A stretch of 63,866 nucleotides of DNA, filler included, from Octopus bimaculoides (GCF_001194135.2; 7 parts of 5 records of this genome joined end to end with filler, not necessarily neighbours in it); one strand, 5' to 3'. Numbered from the whole stretch's first letter, positions 35,629 to 48,067 are shown. The notes: generated from the sequence alone by a model not told the origin. Numbers and translations: made by a program.

Positions 35629-36690
35629 ATACATGCATATATGAGTACAGGACGTCACCAGCGGTGCAAATAACATGAAATACGTAAACAACGAGAAAGA
35701 CAGGACAAGTAAACACAGAGAAAGGACACTTCAACAGTTGTCGGCTGAGTATCTACTCTTCATTTCGAGCATTCAACAATATGAGTCTTCAAAGAAAGTT
35801 GCTCCCATAAGTTCTAAGATTAAATTTAGGATTCATGGAGGGCCAAAGTTACAAACAAAAACATGACAGTGGAGACATACATGGAAACCGAACGAAAGCA
35901 AACATGGAAGGTCGTTACACCAAAACGAGAGGAAAATAGTGAACGCTGTGAGAAACATTTTTTTTTTTTTTTGATAGGACAAAAAATAGGAGAGAGAAAA
36001 AAAAACACGTGCGTTCTTTTGAACGTCTGTGCAGGAAAAGAAAGATGGTCACGTGAGGAAAGGAGAGATGGACAATGGTTACGTGAGAGCAACGTGAGAG
36101 AGAGAAAAAGAGAAAGCGAGAGAGATACAAACCGGTGAAGGAGGGAGGGGAGAAAAAGGGAATTAGAGAAGGATGGAGGAAGAAAACGGTATAGAATAGA
36201 GAGTCGCATCAAAAAGGTGAAGATAAACTTACTTGGAAATGAATGCGTCGCGTTCAATTGAATAATAAATAGTAAATAATATATAATATATATACATACA
36301 TACATACATATATANNNNNNNNNNNNNNNNNNNNNNNNNNNNNNNNNNNNNNNNNNNNNNNNNNNNNNNNNNNNNNNNNNNNNNNNNNNNNNNNNNNNNN
36401 NNNNNNNNNNNNNNNNNNNNNNNNNNNNNNNNNNNNNNNNNNNNNNNNNNNNNNNNNNNNNNNNNNNNNNNNNNNNNNNNNNNNNNNNNNNNNNNNNNNN
36501 NNNNNNNATATACATATATATATATACGACGGGCTTCTTTCAGTTTCCGTCTATCAAATCCACTCACAGCTTTTGGTCGGCCCGAGGCTATAGTAGAAGA
36601 CACTTGTCCAAGGTGCCACGCAGTGGGACTAAAACCGGAACCATGTGATTGGGAAGCAAGTTTCTTACTACACACCCACTCCTATATATA
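35318..36690 (-). mobile_element. Family A SINE split at its internal microsatellite by about 0.7 kb of other sequence
   Basis: 3' half at 35318-35520, (CA)/(TA)n to 35640, and 5' half at 36520-36690, all in the same orientation. Confidence 0.7.
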
Positions 36691-36695
36691 AAAAT

Positions 36696-36816
36696 ATGTC
36701 TGGTCATAGAGTGACCAATGGTTTCGTATCCACAAAAGCCTTAGAGCCTGATGAGACGTCTGCGAGGCTAAGGCCATTGTGGATGCGAAACTATTGGTCA
36801 CTCTATGACCGGACAT
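36696..36816 (+). ncRNA. Type I hammerhead-ribozyme-like motif inside a 121-nt foldback (Penelope-like)
   Basis: CTGATGA 36748-36754, GAAA 36787-36790, GTC site 36797-36799, stem I TAGAG(C)/(A)CTCTA. The 40-bp outer arms have 3 G-U mismatches. Confidence 0.55.
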
Positions 36817-37289
36817 TAACTTTATTAGTTCAATATATATACTTATTGAGAGAGAGAGAAAGTACATAGATAGACAGATAGACACAGATGGAGAGACGGA
36901 TGGATGGTTGGATGGATGGATGGTTGGATGGATGGATGGATGGATGGATGGATGGAAAAGGAATTAAGATGAATTAACTCGCAAATAACTGTAGACTGGG
37001 CCTTGGTGCTGGATGATTTGTCATTCATTGATTGAGTTGTGCAACAATAAGCCCCAAATAATTGTCAAAATATTGCTGGAAAACCATATATATCTACCTG
37101 GAATTTGCTATCCAGCCGAATCGAACAGCTTTGATCTGAGTATAAAAACTAATCGAATTCTATTTGTGTCTTCATCATGTCGGCTGCGACACCTTTTTTT
37201 TAATCATACACTTCTAATCTGCTGAATATTTCTTATTCTAATCCATTTTCCTCTAATTCTTTACTCAATAGTATCGATTCTGCTCTAAT

Positions 37290-38090
37290 CAAACAATTCG
37301 GGTCTCCCATCTAGCGTTTGTTGACAATCACAACCGTCAAAGAGTCTTTTTCTCCAGTTTTAATGCTGTTCAGCTGGCACAAGAACCCAAGGACACCGAG
37401 CCGACCGCCTTCTCCAAATTATGCGCCAATTACCCCTTCGCCAAGACCCTTGGAACATGCATTTGGGAATCAAGGAAGCAAGGACAACCCGTCGAGAGAC
37501 ATCAAAACTTAAAATCTTCCCCCACCCTTGAAAGATTTTACACAGTTCACTCAAACCAACAATAATGTTTTTATATTCGCCTACTGCTGCATGAGGTCAC
37601 GGGACCCACATCTTTCGACGACTTGAAAAGCTTCAACGGTGAAGTATTCGCTACATACCGCGAAGCCTGCCTTAAACGCGACCTGCTAGAAGACCAGCGG
37701 TCAGAGGGACGGAACAATAGCGGAAGCAGCTACAATACGCTCGGCGAGGAGTCTTTGAAAGCTCTTTGCAGTGCTACTGCAAACATGCGAACTCAGTGAT
37801 CCTGTAACCTTATGGGAGAAATACAAGGAAGACCTTTCAGAGGACTATCACCACCAAGGACAACTTCTGTTGCCTCACTTGAACATCGGTTCCAACGATG
37901 AATTCTTCAACGGAGCACTCATCGACATTGAGAACAGCCTACTTACTGCCGGCGGTAACGACCTTTCATTTTATTGTCTACCGAAAGTCAGCAGAACGTG
38001 CTCGCACACACTACTAACAGGCGTTATTTAGGAAACAGCCTTTGGCGTCGATGTTCTTCAACAATACATTGACAAAAAATTTTAAATCAA
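37290..38090 (+). mobile_element. Helitron Rep-helicase fragment (linker upstream of the PIF1 helicase)
   Basis: Remnants RQRVFF, TAFSKLC..PFAKTL, RKQGQPV, CFYIRLLLHEVTGPTSFDDLKSFNGEVFATYREACLKRDLLED and LFAVLLQTCELSDPVTLWEKYKEDLSED. Confidence 0.88.
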
Positions 38091-38394
38091 AAGAGTACGT
38101 CCAAAAAAGTTCAATTCATAAAACCATGGTAAGTTAAAGTCCAGGAGCAAAAAGTGTTCCACAAAATGAAGTCAAATACACCTACGGCCATTTCAGGAGT
38201 TCATTGCCGCAGTTCGATTACAGTTATTAAAGTGCATCTCGGAAATGACCCTCTCATCAGGATGAACAGGAAACTCAAATAAAACCAAAAAGTTCATTCA
38301 ACGCCGCATGGCTAATTTAAAGATAATAATCCATCACAGAATCAGTCCAAATTTTCTTATACACTCATAAAAAGAGACAAAAATTATTTCTTGT

Positions 38395-38429
<35 letters not shown>

Positions 38430-38734
38430 TCTTTCTCTTCACACAGCCTTGGTCACGTGTGTGCGGCTGCTATTTCTTTTCGTTCTTGGTATCACCAAGC
38501 TCGCACGTACTTCTTTGCCCCTCCTGTACGTGCTTCACAGCGTTCGAGACANNNNNNNNNNNNNNNNNNNNNNNNNNNNNNNNNNNNNNNNNNNNTTAAT
38601 TAATTAANNNNNNNNNNNNNNNNNNNNNNNNNNNNNNNNNNNNNNNNNNNNTATATAAGCAATGTTAATTCTCTAAAGCAACAGTAACATCCACCCCTAG
38701 GGGTCAGCCACACTTAAGTGGCAATATACTACAC

Positions 38735-38789
<55 letters not shown>

Positions 38790-40153
38790 ATATACGCATT
38801 TACCTTTTCCTCTCCCACGTATCATTTGCTGAAAAGTTGTCTGTTCCTATGATTGTTTTTATGAGATTTGTGTTCGTCTTAAAATCTAAACTTAGTATCT
38901 TTTTCAGATTTCTGTCCAATAGCCAAAATCTCAAGACAAGTTTAATCTCTTGATTTAACCGACGTTTTTACCTTTCCATCCCACAAACTATATATCGCAG
39001 AATGGAAAGTATATTGGATTATCTTTGTTTTTGGTAATTCGATAATGAATACTGGAGTGTAGTGGCTTATTTAACCCACAGTCAGGCTTTTTGATATTTA
39101 TATTTCTTACAGTTCTGATTGATGCTGTGTTGTGCATAACGAAGACGTTTATTAATTAATGACGAATAACCAAATGCATAAATTTGCCAATTAAGCTCGC
39201 CAGTATATTGCTAAACTGATTTATGACTTCTTTATTTAGCAATTCATCTTATTGAGGAAAAAAATCAGATATGTCTCCTCCACAGAGCGGTCAGCCCACC
39301 GGGAAACAGTCGTTTAGAAAACGCTTGATTTGTCAATAAACACACATTAATGGTATGTAAAGATTGAGTTTATATCATTTTACCCACAACGAAGTCATGT
39401 AATGCTTGGGAAAATTTTTTCTACATCCATGATACGATATGAATTATCAGTAATTATCAAAACCGATTATTTACTAAGCCACAGAAAACGCCCTAATTTG
39501 TGGGGAGATGAAATAATCAAACATACTGAACTAATTATTTGACGGGCACTCATATCATTTATAAAATTTCGATACGAAATAGCTTCTTAAAGAAGAGGCT
39601 ACTGACTATCATGACGTGAAAGACTGCAACCGCTATGGCATTCCACCTGCATCAATGCCACAAATGTATTGAACATGAAATAGCAATAAGCATATGGGGG
39701 GGGGGTAAGGAGTAATCTCAAATGATTATTTTCCCATACCTATTTTCGATATATATGGAATGAGATTAGTTTGGTAGTGTAGAGCTGTCATTGAGGGACG
39801 CAGGTACTAAGGACTAATTAAGATTCTATAAGTAACAAGGACATACTGCTATATAGCAACAAACATACGTGCATATATACATATACATATGTATGCACAT
39901 ACACTTACCTATAATTTAAATGCCTACATACACAGAATTTCTCTCACATTATTCGAGTTAATCCAGGCTGCGGCCGAAGAACCTTATCAATAGTGACTTT
40001 CGACAGTATATAATCCGGGGCTGCTGTACAAGTAGGCGAACGCCTTCATATTTCAACACGTGTTTTATATACAAACACTCAAACATGTGTTTATATCTAC
40101 ACACACGCGCGCGCGCACGCACACACACATACACATATATATATAAATATATA

Positions 40154-40207
<54 letters not shown>

Positions 40208-40908
40208 CCGTGAAATAGGGTTACTTTGAGCACCAAGATAACTTTGAACAAAATATATGTTGTTTCCGCTTATTGCTTGTTACTAACATTTCTTACAGTA
40301 TTGTTTTAATGATTTGTTAAACTTTAGAATTATATTTCTATGATAGCATAATTTCAATACATAAAGTAAAATATAACTTTGATTATCCACTCAAAGAAAG
40401 AATTTGTCTACTTCTTCAAATTCCAGCAAAACAAACATTTTTGCCAGATATGAATACTTTTGTCAGTAGCTACATCACTTCGTGCATAAAAGATATAAGC
40501 CTTTGTTAAAATATAATGATAATATAACTAGTTAATAATTTTCTATGGAAGCCTTTTATAACTTTGGTATCTTTCTAAAACCTTGCATAACATGACATGT
40601 CCGCCCCGTTCAAAGTAACCCCGATCACTGTTTCCGGCAGTAAGCAAGCTGCTACTACGGTTCAAACTGATAGTGCCCAGTAAAAGTTAGGTATTTAAGA
40701 TTTTTAAATGTTTTTCCTATTTATGGACAATATTTCACTCTTAGAATTAATGAGGCGTAACCCCAAATTCATCAATTTTTTTATTATGGCATGATAACCA
40801 GAATCAGTTTTTTTTTCTGTTGCAAAGTCTAATTCTTTAAACCATACTCTGTTTTTTTTTTAGGATCAACTTGTCGTTTGGATTGAGATTAGCATTAGCC
40901 AAATAGTT

Positions 40909-41286
40909 ATGCCAAGAATTCATAATAGAAAACCTGGCTCTCGAAGCTATAAATCCTATAGCCAAAAGAGGCTGGATAAAGCAGCGGCAGATATTAAAAC
41001 AAAGAAAATTACCCTTCGAAAAGTCAGTGCTGTTTATAAAATTCCAGTTGGAACTATGAGCCATAGATTGAACAATAAGTATAGCAGGCAACCTGGTCAC
41101 GCTTCAGTGTTCAGTGAAAAAGAAGCAGCGTTTGTTGTTCACATTACAGCTGTTGCAGAATGGGGGTTTCCATTTGATTCTATGGATTTGAGAGTGCTTG
41201 CCCATAATTATGTCACGGCTATATGTCGCACAATAAGGCAATTTAAAACAATTTTCCTTCAGCTAAATAGGCTAATTCAATTTTAA
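40909..41286 (+). pseudogene. Transposase N-terminus: HTH_psq-like plus CENP-B-type HTH
   Basis: MPRIHNRKPGSRSYKSYSQKRLDKAAADIKTKKITLRKVSAVYKIPVGTMSHRL...VFSEKE...AEWGFPFDSMDLRVLA. Confidence 0.8.
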
Positions 41287-41565
41287 AGCGAAACAAATTC
41301 CAATTAGTATCATGCCTGTGGCAAGAAGACGATGAAGTCATCAATGTAAGAGTTTCGGATGTTGTGTTGGAAATGCTAAAGTCAATGAGAGGAGTGGATG
41401 AGAGCAGACCAAAGAAGAAATGGAAGAAGTTGAATGTTACCCCTGGCAAAAGTATAAGTACTAAGGACATCAGTACTTTGGTAGTGAAATGATAGTCACC
41501 AGTTCATCAACAGTTATGGAGAAAGAGAGCAGCAGAAGAATTAGTATGATGAAGAGCTAAACTCT

Positions 41566-41898
41566 GTGGATAGTGATGTTTCTATGAATGAATGTGATTG
41601 GCACTCCGGTATTTCCGACATGGCAAAAGCAGAAAACACAGAAAGACAAAGTAGTTTTGTTGGAAACTTTGTTATTGGGAAGTATGAAGGGCAAACATTT
41701 CCCGGTCAAGTGATTTCAACTGGAAGTGATGGGGCACTTGAGTCATCATTGACAAAATGTAAAAACATAGATTGGAGGTGGCCACTGAAGGAGGATAAAC
41801 TCGTCTACGACTGGGAAGATGTGGTAGAAATGAAAACAAAAGAGATTCCACGGAACAACAGGGGTTTCTATCGATTCTCTGACCTTGAACAAGAATGA
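41566..41898 (+). pseudogene. Transposase C-terminal domain (Tudor/SH3-like barrel, inferred)
   Basis: VGNFVIGKYEGQTFPGQV...WRWPLKEDKLVYDWEDVV...RGFYRF. No DDE domain lies between this and the HTH region. Confidence 0.6.
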
Positions 41899-42294
41899 GG
41901 AATATAAAATATGACTTATTGATAACTGTGTGACATTTTCTTTAGTGCTATAACACTTAAAGCTGTACATTGACTTTTCTTTTGTATTTGTTAATAAAAA
42001 AAAAATTATTTTATAACTCTTATCTTTGTTCAATGTTGTACTGCATAAGAGTAACATTACTGTTCAAAGTAACCCCAAATCATGGGTTACATTGAACACC
42101 GACAAATGTATAAAAAAAAGTAATCAAATATTGTGTGCAACCTATTTTTATTTCATATACCAGTTTACCTATTTAGTCCCCCTAACATTGTCAAATTTAG
42201 TAAACATTGAAAAAAAAGGGTTATGAAATTATTGCAATAAGAAGTCTAAAACTGTTCAAATTAACCTCGTTTCACGGTACATAGATACATACAT

Positions 42295-42530
42295 AATATA
42301 TATGCATGAGAATACATATATAAGACAATATATATAAATCTGCACATATACATACATATAAACATACAAAAATACCCTGTTGTTGATGTTGAAAGTCCAG
42401 TGAAAGAGCCTTGGATTTCTCTATTGGCAAGAAATCTTGAAATAAACTGAACAATGACATACATAGATGCATGCATACATACATACAAACATACATACAT
42501 ACATACATACATACATACATACGTACATAA
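42295..42530 (+). mobile_element. 3' UTR of the RLE LINE ending in (CATA)n
   Basis: TGTTGATGTTGAAA..GAGCCTTGGAT..CTCTATTGGCAAGAAATCTTGAAATAAACTGAACAATGACATACATA, homologous to 18190-18368. Confidence 0.75.
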
Positions 42531-42589
42531 AACATACAGAGGAAACTATTTAGTCCATGTTGTAGATGATGTTTTCTTTTCTTTTATTG

Positions 42590-43130
42590 AGTTTGTCTCG
42601 TGATTGGAGCTTCACACTACTGCAGAAGATCGCAATGGCACGACATTCGCGTTGCGAGAAGAACTCTCAATTTCAGCGACGACAAATACAAATACAAAAC
42701 AAAAACTATATGTACACACACAGGGCATGCGTTTGTTAACGCATTTCTCTGTATATACACTCCTCATTATCTCACACAGTTGCGCTGGGCAGGACATGTT
42801 TGACAGATGGAGGGCAGCAAGCTCCCAAGGGAAGCTTTTTACGCTGAACAGCGTCAGGGCACGAGGACCCATGGTAGTTACAAGTTGTGACACAGATGTG
42901 CTGGAGAGATATATGAAAAACTCCAGCATCTCCCCAGATACCTACGAGGGAAAGCCCTTGGGGCGTGATGAATGGAACCGGTCATTGAAGCTCGTAATTC
43001 TAACCATTGAAGAAAAGCAGCAAGAATACAAAAACAAAAAGCACGATAGGCGTCGCTTCTCAAGTAGCTTCAACAACAGCAGATGCCATCGCGACTTCAG
43101 ATCAGAGACACAGACAAAGAGAAGGCGAGA
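42590..43130 (+). mobile_element. RTE (BovB-like) LINE 3' fragment, degraded
   Basis: QLRWAGHV*QMEGSKLPREAFYAE..QGTR, then SISPDTYEGKPLGRDEWNRSLK in a shifted frame. Confidence 0.75.
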
Positions 43131-44587
43131 ATATACGAGAAAGAAAAGAAAGAGTATTGAGTTCGGTAAGTATAAGAGCAAATTTTGGGGTACAATGTTA
43201 AAGTGTAATAACATATGAGTGGGTAATCTTTTTGTCGTGTCGACGCCCCCAGGCGAAGAAGTAGGATCTCCTAAGACACATAAATAGAGGTAGTCTGGCC
43301 GTGGTAGGAGTGTTGAGTAGCAGTCGAGTAGCAGTTGTGCAGCGGTTGAGTAGAGATCATCCGAAGGTGCTAGATAGCAGTAGCTTGAAACATAACACTT
43401 TTAGTTATAAATATATTTGATTAATAATACTTCGTAATTTTAACACACAGAAAAGAGTAGTAGCACATAGAAAAATGTCTAAGTATGTAGTTAAGCATGT
43501 ACAAAAAATAATTTGAATTTATACGATCATACACAGAAATAGCAAACATTTTGATTGGTTGCTTATATATCTAGATAACGAAACATTAATGTACCATGTG
43601 AGATAATGATGCGAGAGCGACTTCCTTTTGTTTCCAAACATTTTCCAGTGGAAAGTACGTCATCAAGATAAACTTGAATAAGTAAATAAGATAACACAGG
43701 TGACTTCAACTATTTAAATCAATAATATGCGAAGACAAACCATATATGTATGCATATATTTCAATGCAAATGAAAACGCGAATATTCAGACACAATCAGC
43801 TATGTTTGCGTATTATAAAATATACATAAATGTAACTTGACATACACTAAATGATACTTGCATACGCTCAGTTACTAATTCAAATAATAACAAAGCTAGA
43901 CTTATTTTCTTTCACATAAAGAAGTGTATTTCATTCATTAATTGGAGCTCAGGAAATGGGAAAAATAACCCTTTTAATTGCAATGTTAAGAAGCAAGGTT
44001 ACGGTTTAAATCCACCCTTTAAAAATTTACATTATAAATATATAAATGTGTTCCTGTTTTGTTGTATAAGTGTATTAATGATAAAAGTATCATCTTTGCA
44101 ACAAACTGTTTCTCGTACTGAGAGGAAGATAACTGGCCCAACCTAGATAAAACATTTATCATCATACTCCGCAGTCAACAGGCATGTTTTACAAAGAGGC
44201 TCGTTTGGTAAAAAAATCTGTCTATTACGAATTAAGTTTGGAGGTAGCTTTTTGCAAAACTAAACCAGGTGTCTTCCTCCTAACATTTTCGCGCCTGTTT
44301 CTTGTTTTCTGGAGCCCAGCTTCTTAAGACTGGAAGTGAAGTGGTTGAGTCTTCAAGTATACCCAAAAATATAAAGTAGAATCTAGAATCCGCAGCCATA
44401 TATCACTTATTGATTTGGCGTACGTTTTCTTTTACAGTAATCGTTAACATTCTGTTAGGGATATGTACACAAAGACAACTAAAGGAAAGTTTTAATATAT
44501 ACTCATGTGTAAACATACATATATACATACATATATACATACATGCATACATACATACATACATACATACATACATACATACATACA

Positions 44588-44965
44588 TACCTGATATAAT
44601 GTATTCGGATAGAGAAGAGTAATTGTGCACAGTTGTGAAAAGTAGCTGCCCAGCGGATAACATAAAGCTGAAAATCAGTGAATAAGAGAACACTTGTGCT
44701 GAACGATTGAGAAACCTGCAGTTGCTCTATCCAGATTACAAGTCTAGGTATATACCTGTAATTATGGGGACCCTGGGATATGTAACACACTGTTTAAATA
44801 CCAATCTTCAGAAATTAGGCTTCTCAAAACCAGAATGGAGAAAGCTAAGTCGAAGACTACAACTCTAATCCATCACTGAAACTGTAAAAATATGTAAAAC
44901 TTTCCAGATATTTATCATTTAAATATACATGAGGATGTCTAGATATGCAACTATATGCATCAGAA
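44588..44965 (+). mobile_element. RLE endonuclease domain of a non-LTR retrotransposon, directly downstream of (CATA)n
   Basis: One frame with 3 internal stops: IPDIMYSDREE*LCTVVKSSCPADNIKLKISE*ENTCAERLRNLQLLYPDYKSRYIPVIMGTLG...TVKICKTFQIFII* (PD..ExSCPxD, K.E.Y and PVIxGxLG remnants). Confidence 0.8.
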
Positions 44966-45154
44966 TACATACATATATGTACACACAGAGAGGTACGTAT
45001 ATGTATTTCAAACTGAAATTTAAGGGATTTTACACGCCATTTTCAAATCAGTTTATATTTCCATTTTTTCCCCTTCTCTTACTGTGTCTATCCTTCATTC
45101 CCTTCCATGAAGAGCTTATATCCGAAAATTTTGAATATTTTAATTTCTCTTTAA

Positions 45155-45190
<36 letters not shown>

Positions 45191-45504
45191 GTGCGTGGGC
45201 GCGCGCACACACATGCACACAAACACACAAATACATACCCATATACACACACAAACACAAACACACACACGAAAATACATATCATCCATATACAACTATA
45301 CAGATAGAGACACGCGCACGGCAGTTACGGGATGTGGTTAAATCTGGGTCTGTTATGCGCTTCAATCCGATCTCGGTTGATTTTTATCCCTGGATCTTTC
45401 GATANNNNNNNNNNNNNNNNNNNNNNNNNNNNNNNNNNNNNNNNNNNNTTAATTAATTAANNNNNNNNNNNNNNNNNNNNNNNNNNNNNNNNNNNNNNNN
45501 NNNN

Positions 45505-45770
45505 TGGTCGCCTTTCAGTCAATGCTTGTGGTCCAACGTTCCTCTCCTCTGCTTCATTATTTCTTTCCTGACTTATATTTAGGTCGTTCTCTACCGCTTT
45601 TTTAATAGAGGTCAATTCTGCATCTGTGAGTCTGGTATTTCTGAGGATATCTCTTCTAACATTTGCTAATCTGTTTTCATCTAGATTTGGTCTGCTAGCT
45701 GGATTCCGGCTCCTCCAAATTCTGTAGGAGTTTGCGGTGTGTTTCTCTTGGGTTGGCCTACTTAATGCAA
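45505..45770 (-). mobile_element. N-terminal ORF region of another R4/Dong-like copy
   Basis: SYRIWRSRNPASRPNLDENRLANVRRDILRNTRLTDAELTSIKKAV. Starts directly after the (AAT)n tail of the neighbouring copy and is cut by a scaffold break. Confidence 0.65.
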
Positions 45771-45774
45771 AATA

Positions 45775-45799
<25 letters not shown>

Positions 45800-45805
<6 letters not shown>

Positions 45806-48020
45806 TAGTTTTATTTTTATAGCGTGCTTTCACTTCACTACTGAGCGCAGCTCTGTGTGCCTTGGGCTTCCTATTCTCTATTGCATAGTCAAACTGAATC
45901 ACAAAATCCCATAGGATCTTTGCATTTCTATCTTCGATGATACCATCAGGTTTTTGGTTGTCCCAATTTTATTCTCTGTCAAGTCCATACTTGTTGCAAT
46001 GTGTCCAATGGACAAGCCTGGATATATTGTCGTGGCATCTCTTATATTCCTTCTGGGCTAGTGGTGTACATTGGCCAGTAATATGACATACAGTTTTATC
46101 GTTTTGTCCACAGATTCTGCACTTATCACTTTCTGATGTGCTGTCTATTCTGTATTTTATGTAGTTTGTTCTTAGTGCTTGCTCTCGGGCAGCACAGATT
46201 AGAGCCTCCGTTTCCGGTTTTAAATCACTTTTAGTCATCCACAGCCATCTTTTTTCTCTGTCTGTCTTATCTTCAACATCTGTATAAAACTGACCATGCA
46301 TTCTTTTCTTTATCCACCTATTTTCAGTTTCATTCGTTTTCATATTCTTGTACAGTGCTTTACCTTTGCAATCTTTCATCCTACACAAGACTGACCTTCT
46401 TACTTCTAATAATAGGGGTTCTGTGGCATTTTTTTACATACCATGCTATGTTGTTTTCTTTTGCTCTAATGCTGTGTCCTCTCATCCAATAAGTCCTCTC
46501 CCCACTCTTTTTCTTGGTACATACAGTCTGTTTGTGTCACTTTTTGGGTGGAGTGACCCATATCTAGTTAGCAACTTCCTTGTCTTTCTGTCTAAGCTGT
46601 TTAGTTCATCTACTGTCCATGCGATTACCCCTGCTCCATATCTAAGGAGTGAAACCACTCAGGTGTTGATAGCTTGAATCTTATTCCTTCCATTTAATTT
46701 CGACTTAAGGATCAGTCTCAGTCTGCGCAAATACTCCTCCTTAAATTTTTCTGCCAGTCCATACATTTGATTTTGCCTCTCTTTGAGACTAACACACCAC
46801 ACTTTCTCAGTCTGAACTCCATTCTGATATCAGCACTGAAGGTATACACCGTATCAACGAAGGAACTGACTTGGTCTCCATCTCTACCATAAAGTTTGAG
46901 GTTATTCATGAATAACAAATGGTTGAGTTTTTGTTGTCAGTTTTCGAATACAGACCCAGCTTTCACTTTCCTCAGAATCAGTGTTAGTGGTATCAAGCAC
47001 AGTACAATGATCAGTGGGGACAGGCACTCCCCTTGGAAGATGCCCTTCCTAATTTCTACTGTCCCTAAACTTCTTCTGTATGCTGTAAGGTCCATCCTCC
47101 AATTCGCCATACCTTTTCCAAGCAATTGCTCAATATTCGATGCAATACCAAATAAGTTCATACACTCCATAATCCAAGAATGTGGGATCATATCGTACAC
47201 CTTACGATAGTTGATTCATGACATGGCTAAGTTACTATTCCTCCTCTTGCAGTCTGTAAGTACAGTTTTGTCTATCAGGAGTTGATCCTTGGGACCTCTG
47301 CACTAACGCTTGCAACCCTTCTGCTCATGTGGCAAGACTCCATTTTTTTCCAGATGTTCATACATTGACTCTGCGAGTGTTCCAGTCAATAACTTCCACA
47401 TAAGTGGCAAACAGGATACCGGCCTGTAATTGTCTACCATATTGCCTTTTTCGATGCTTTTTCAGGCACAGCACTGTCCTATTCAATGTCAACCACTCTG
47501 TTATTAATTGGTCGGCATTTAACAAGGTGTTGCGTTGTGCAGCTATTCGTGCATGACATTCACCAAATCTTTTGATCCAGTAGCCTTGAACTCCATCTGG
47601 TCCTGGGGCCTTCCAGTCGCTCATTTTTTTTTTGCTGATTTCCTTCACTTCCCTAACTGAAATGACTAGTTCTGCTTGTTTGTTTCAGTTCTTGCAACCA
47701 TTCAGCATCCTTCTTGTGCTCCTTGTCTTTGCTCCAGATGTCACTCCAAAACCTTTGACTTTCAATGTTATCTGGTATCAACTTTTCATCTGTACACTCT
47801 CCATTTATTTCTTTATAGAATCTCTTCCAATCTACTCTGAATAACCTATTCTGGTGGTAACTCTTCATTCTTTGGTCGTATCTTACCATCTTTGCTCTCT
47901 TTGCAATCAAATGCTGTTTAAGTTCCTCCATTACTACTTTCAGGCCCTTTCTTTCAATATTATACTTCCTTTTCAGTGCCCTGTATTTTTGTTCACTTTT
48001 AAGCTCCCCTTTCTCTTTTC
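45800..48020 (-). mobile_element. R4/Dong-like LINE: RT, CCHC and 3' UTR, with most of the RLE deleted
   Basis: WKAPGPDGVQGYWIK, YDMIPHSWI, GIFQGECLSPL, LFMNNLKLY, MHGQF, KPETEALICAAREQALRTN, CRICGQNDKTVCHITGQC and KILWDFVIQ..ENRKP. (AAT)n tail at 45773-45800. Confidence 0.92.
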
Positions 48021-48067
48021 ATATTATTATCATCATCATCATCATCATCAGTAGTAGTAGTAGTAGT

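Larger units (their letters stand above)
40208..42277 (+). mobile_element. pogo/Fot1-like DNA transposon, internal deletion derivative (2.07 kb)
   Basis: TIRs CCGTGAAATAGGGTTACTTTGAGCA vs reverse complement CCGTGAAACGAGGTTAATTTGAACA. TA at 40206-40207 and 42278-42279. Subterminal (T)GTTCAAAGTAACCCC repeats. Confidence 0.88.

Noticed and set aside
42604-43218. 204-aa ORF
   Set aside because: A frameshifted RTE LINE remnant; the QLRWAGHV motif lies in another frame.
43215-43400. LTR-like GC-richer fragment (TGTCG start, TATA-like ATAAATA)
   Set aside because: No second LTR, PBS, PPT or TSD, so it cannot be supported.
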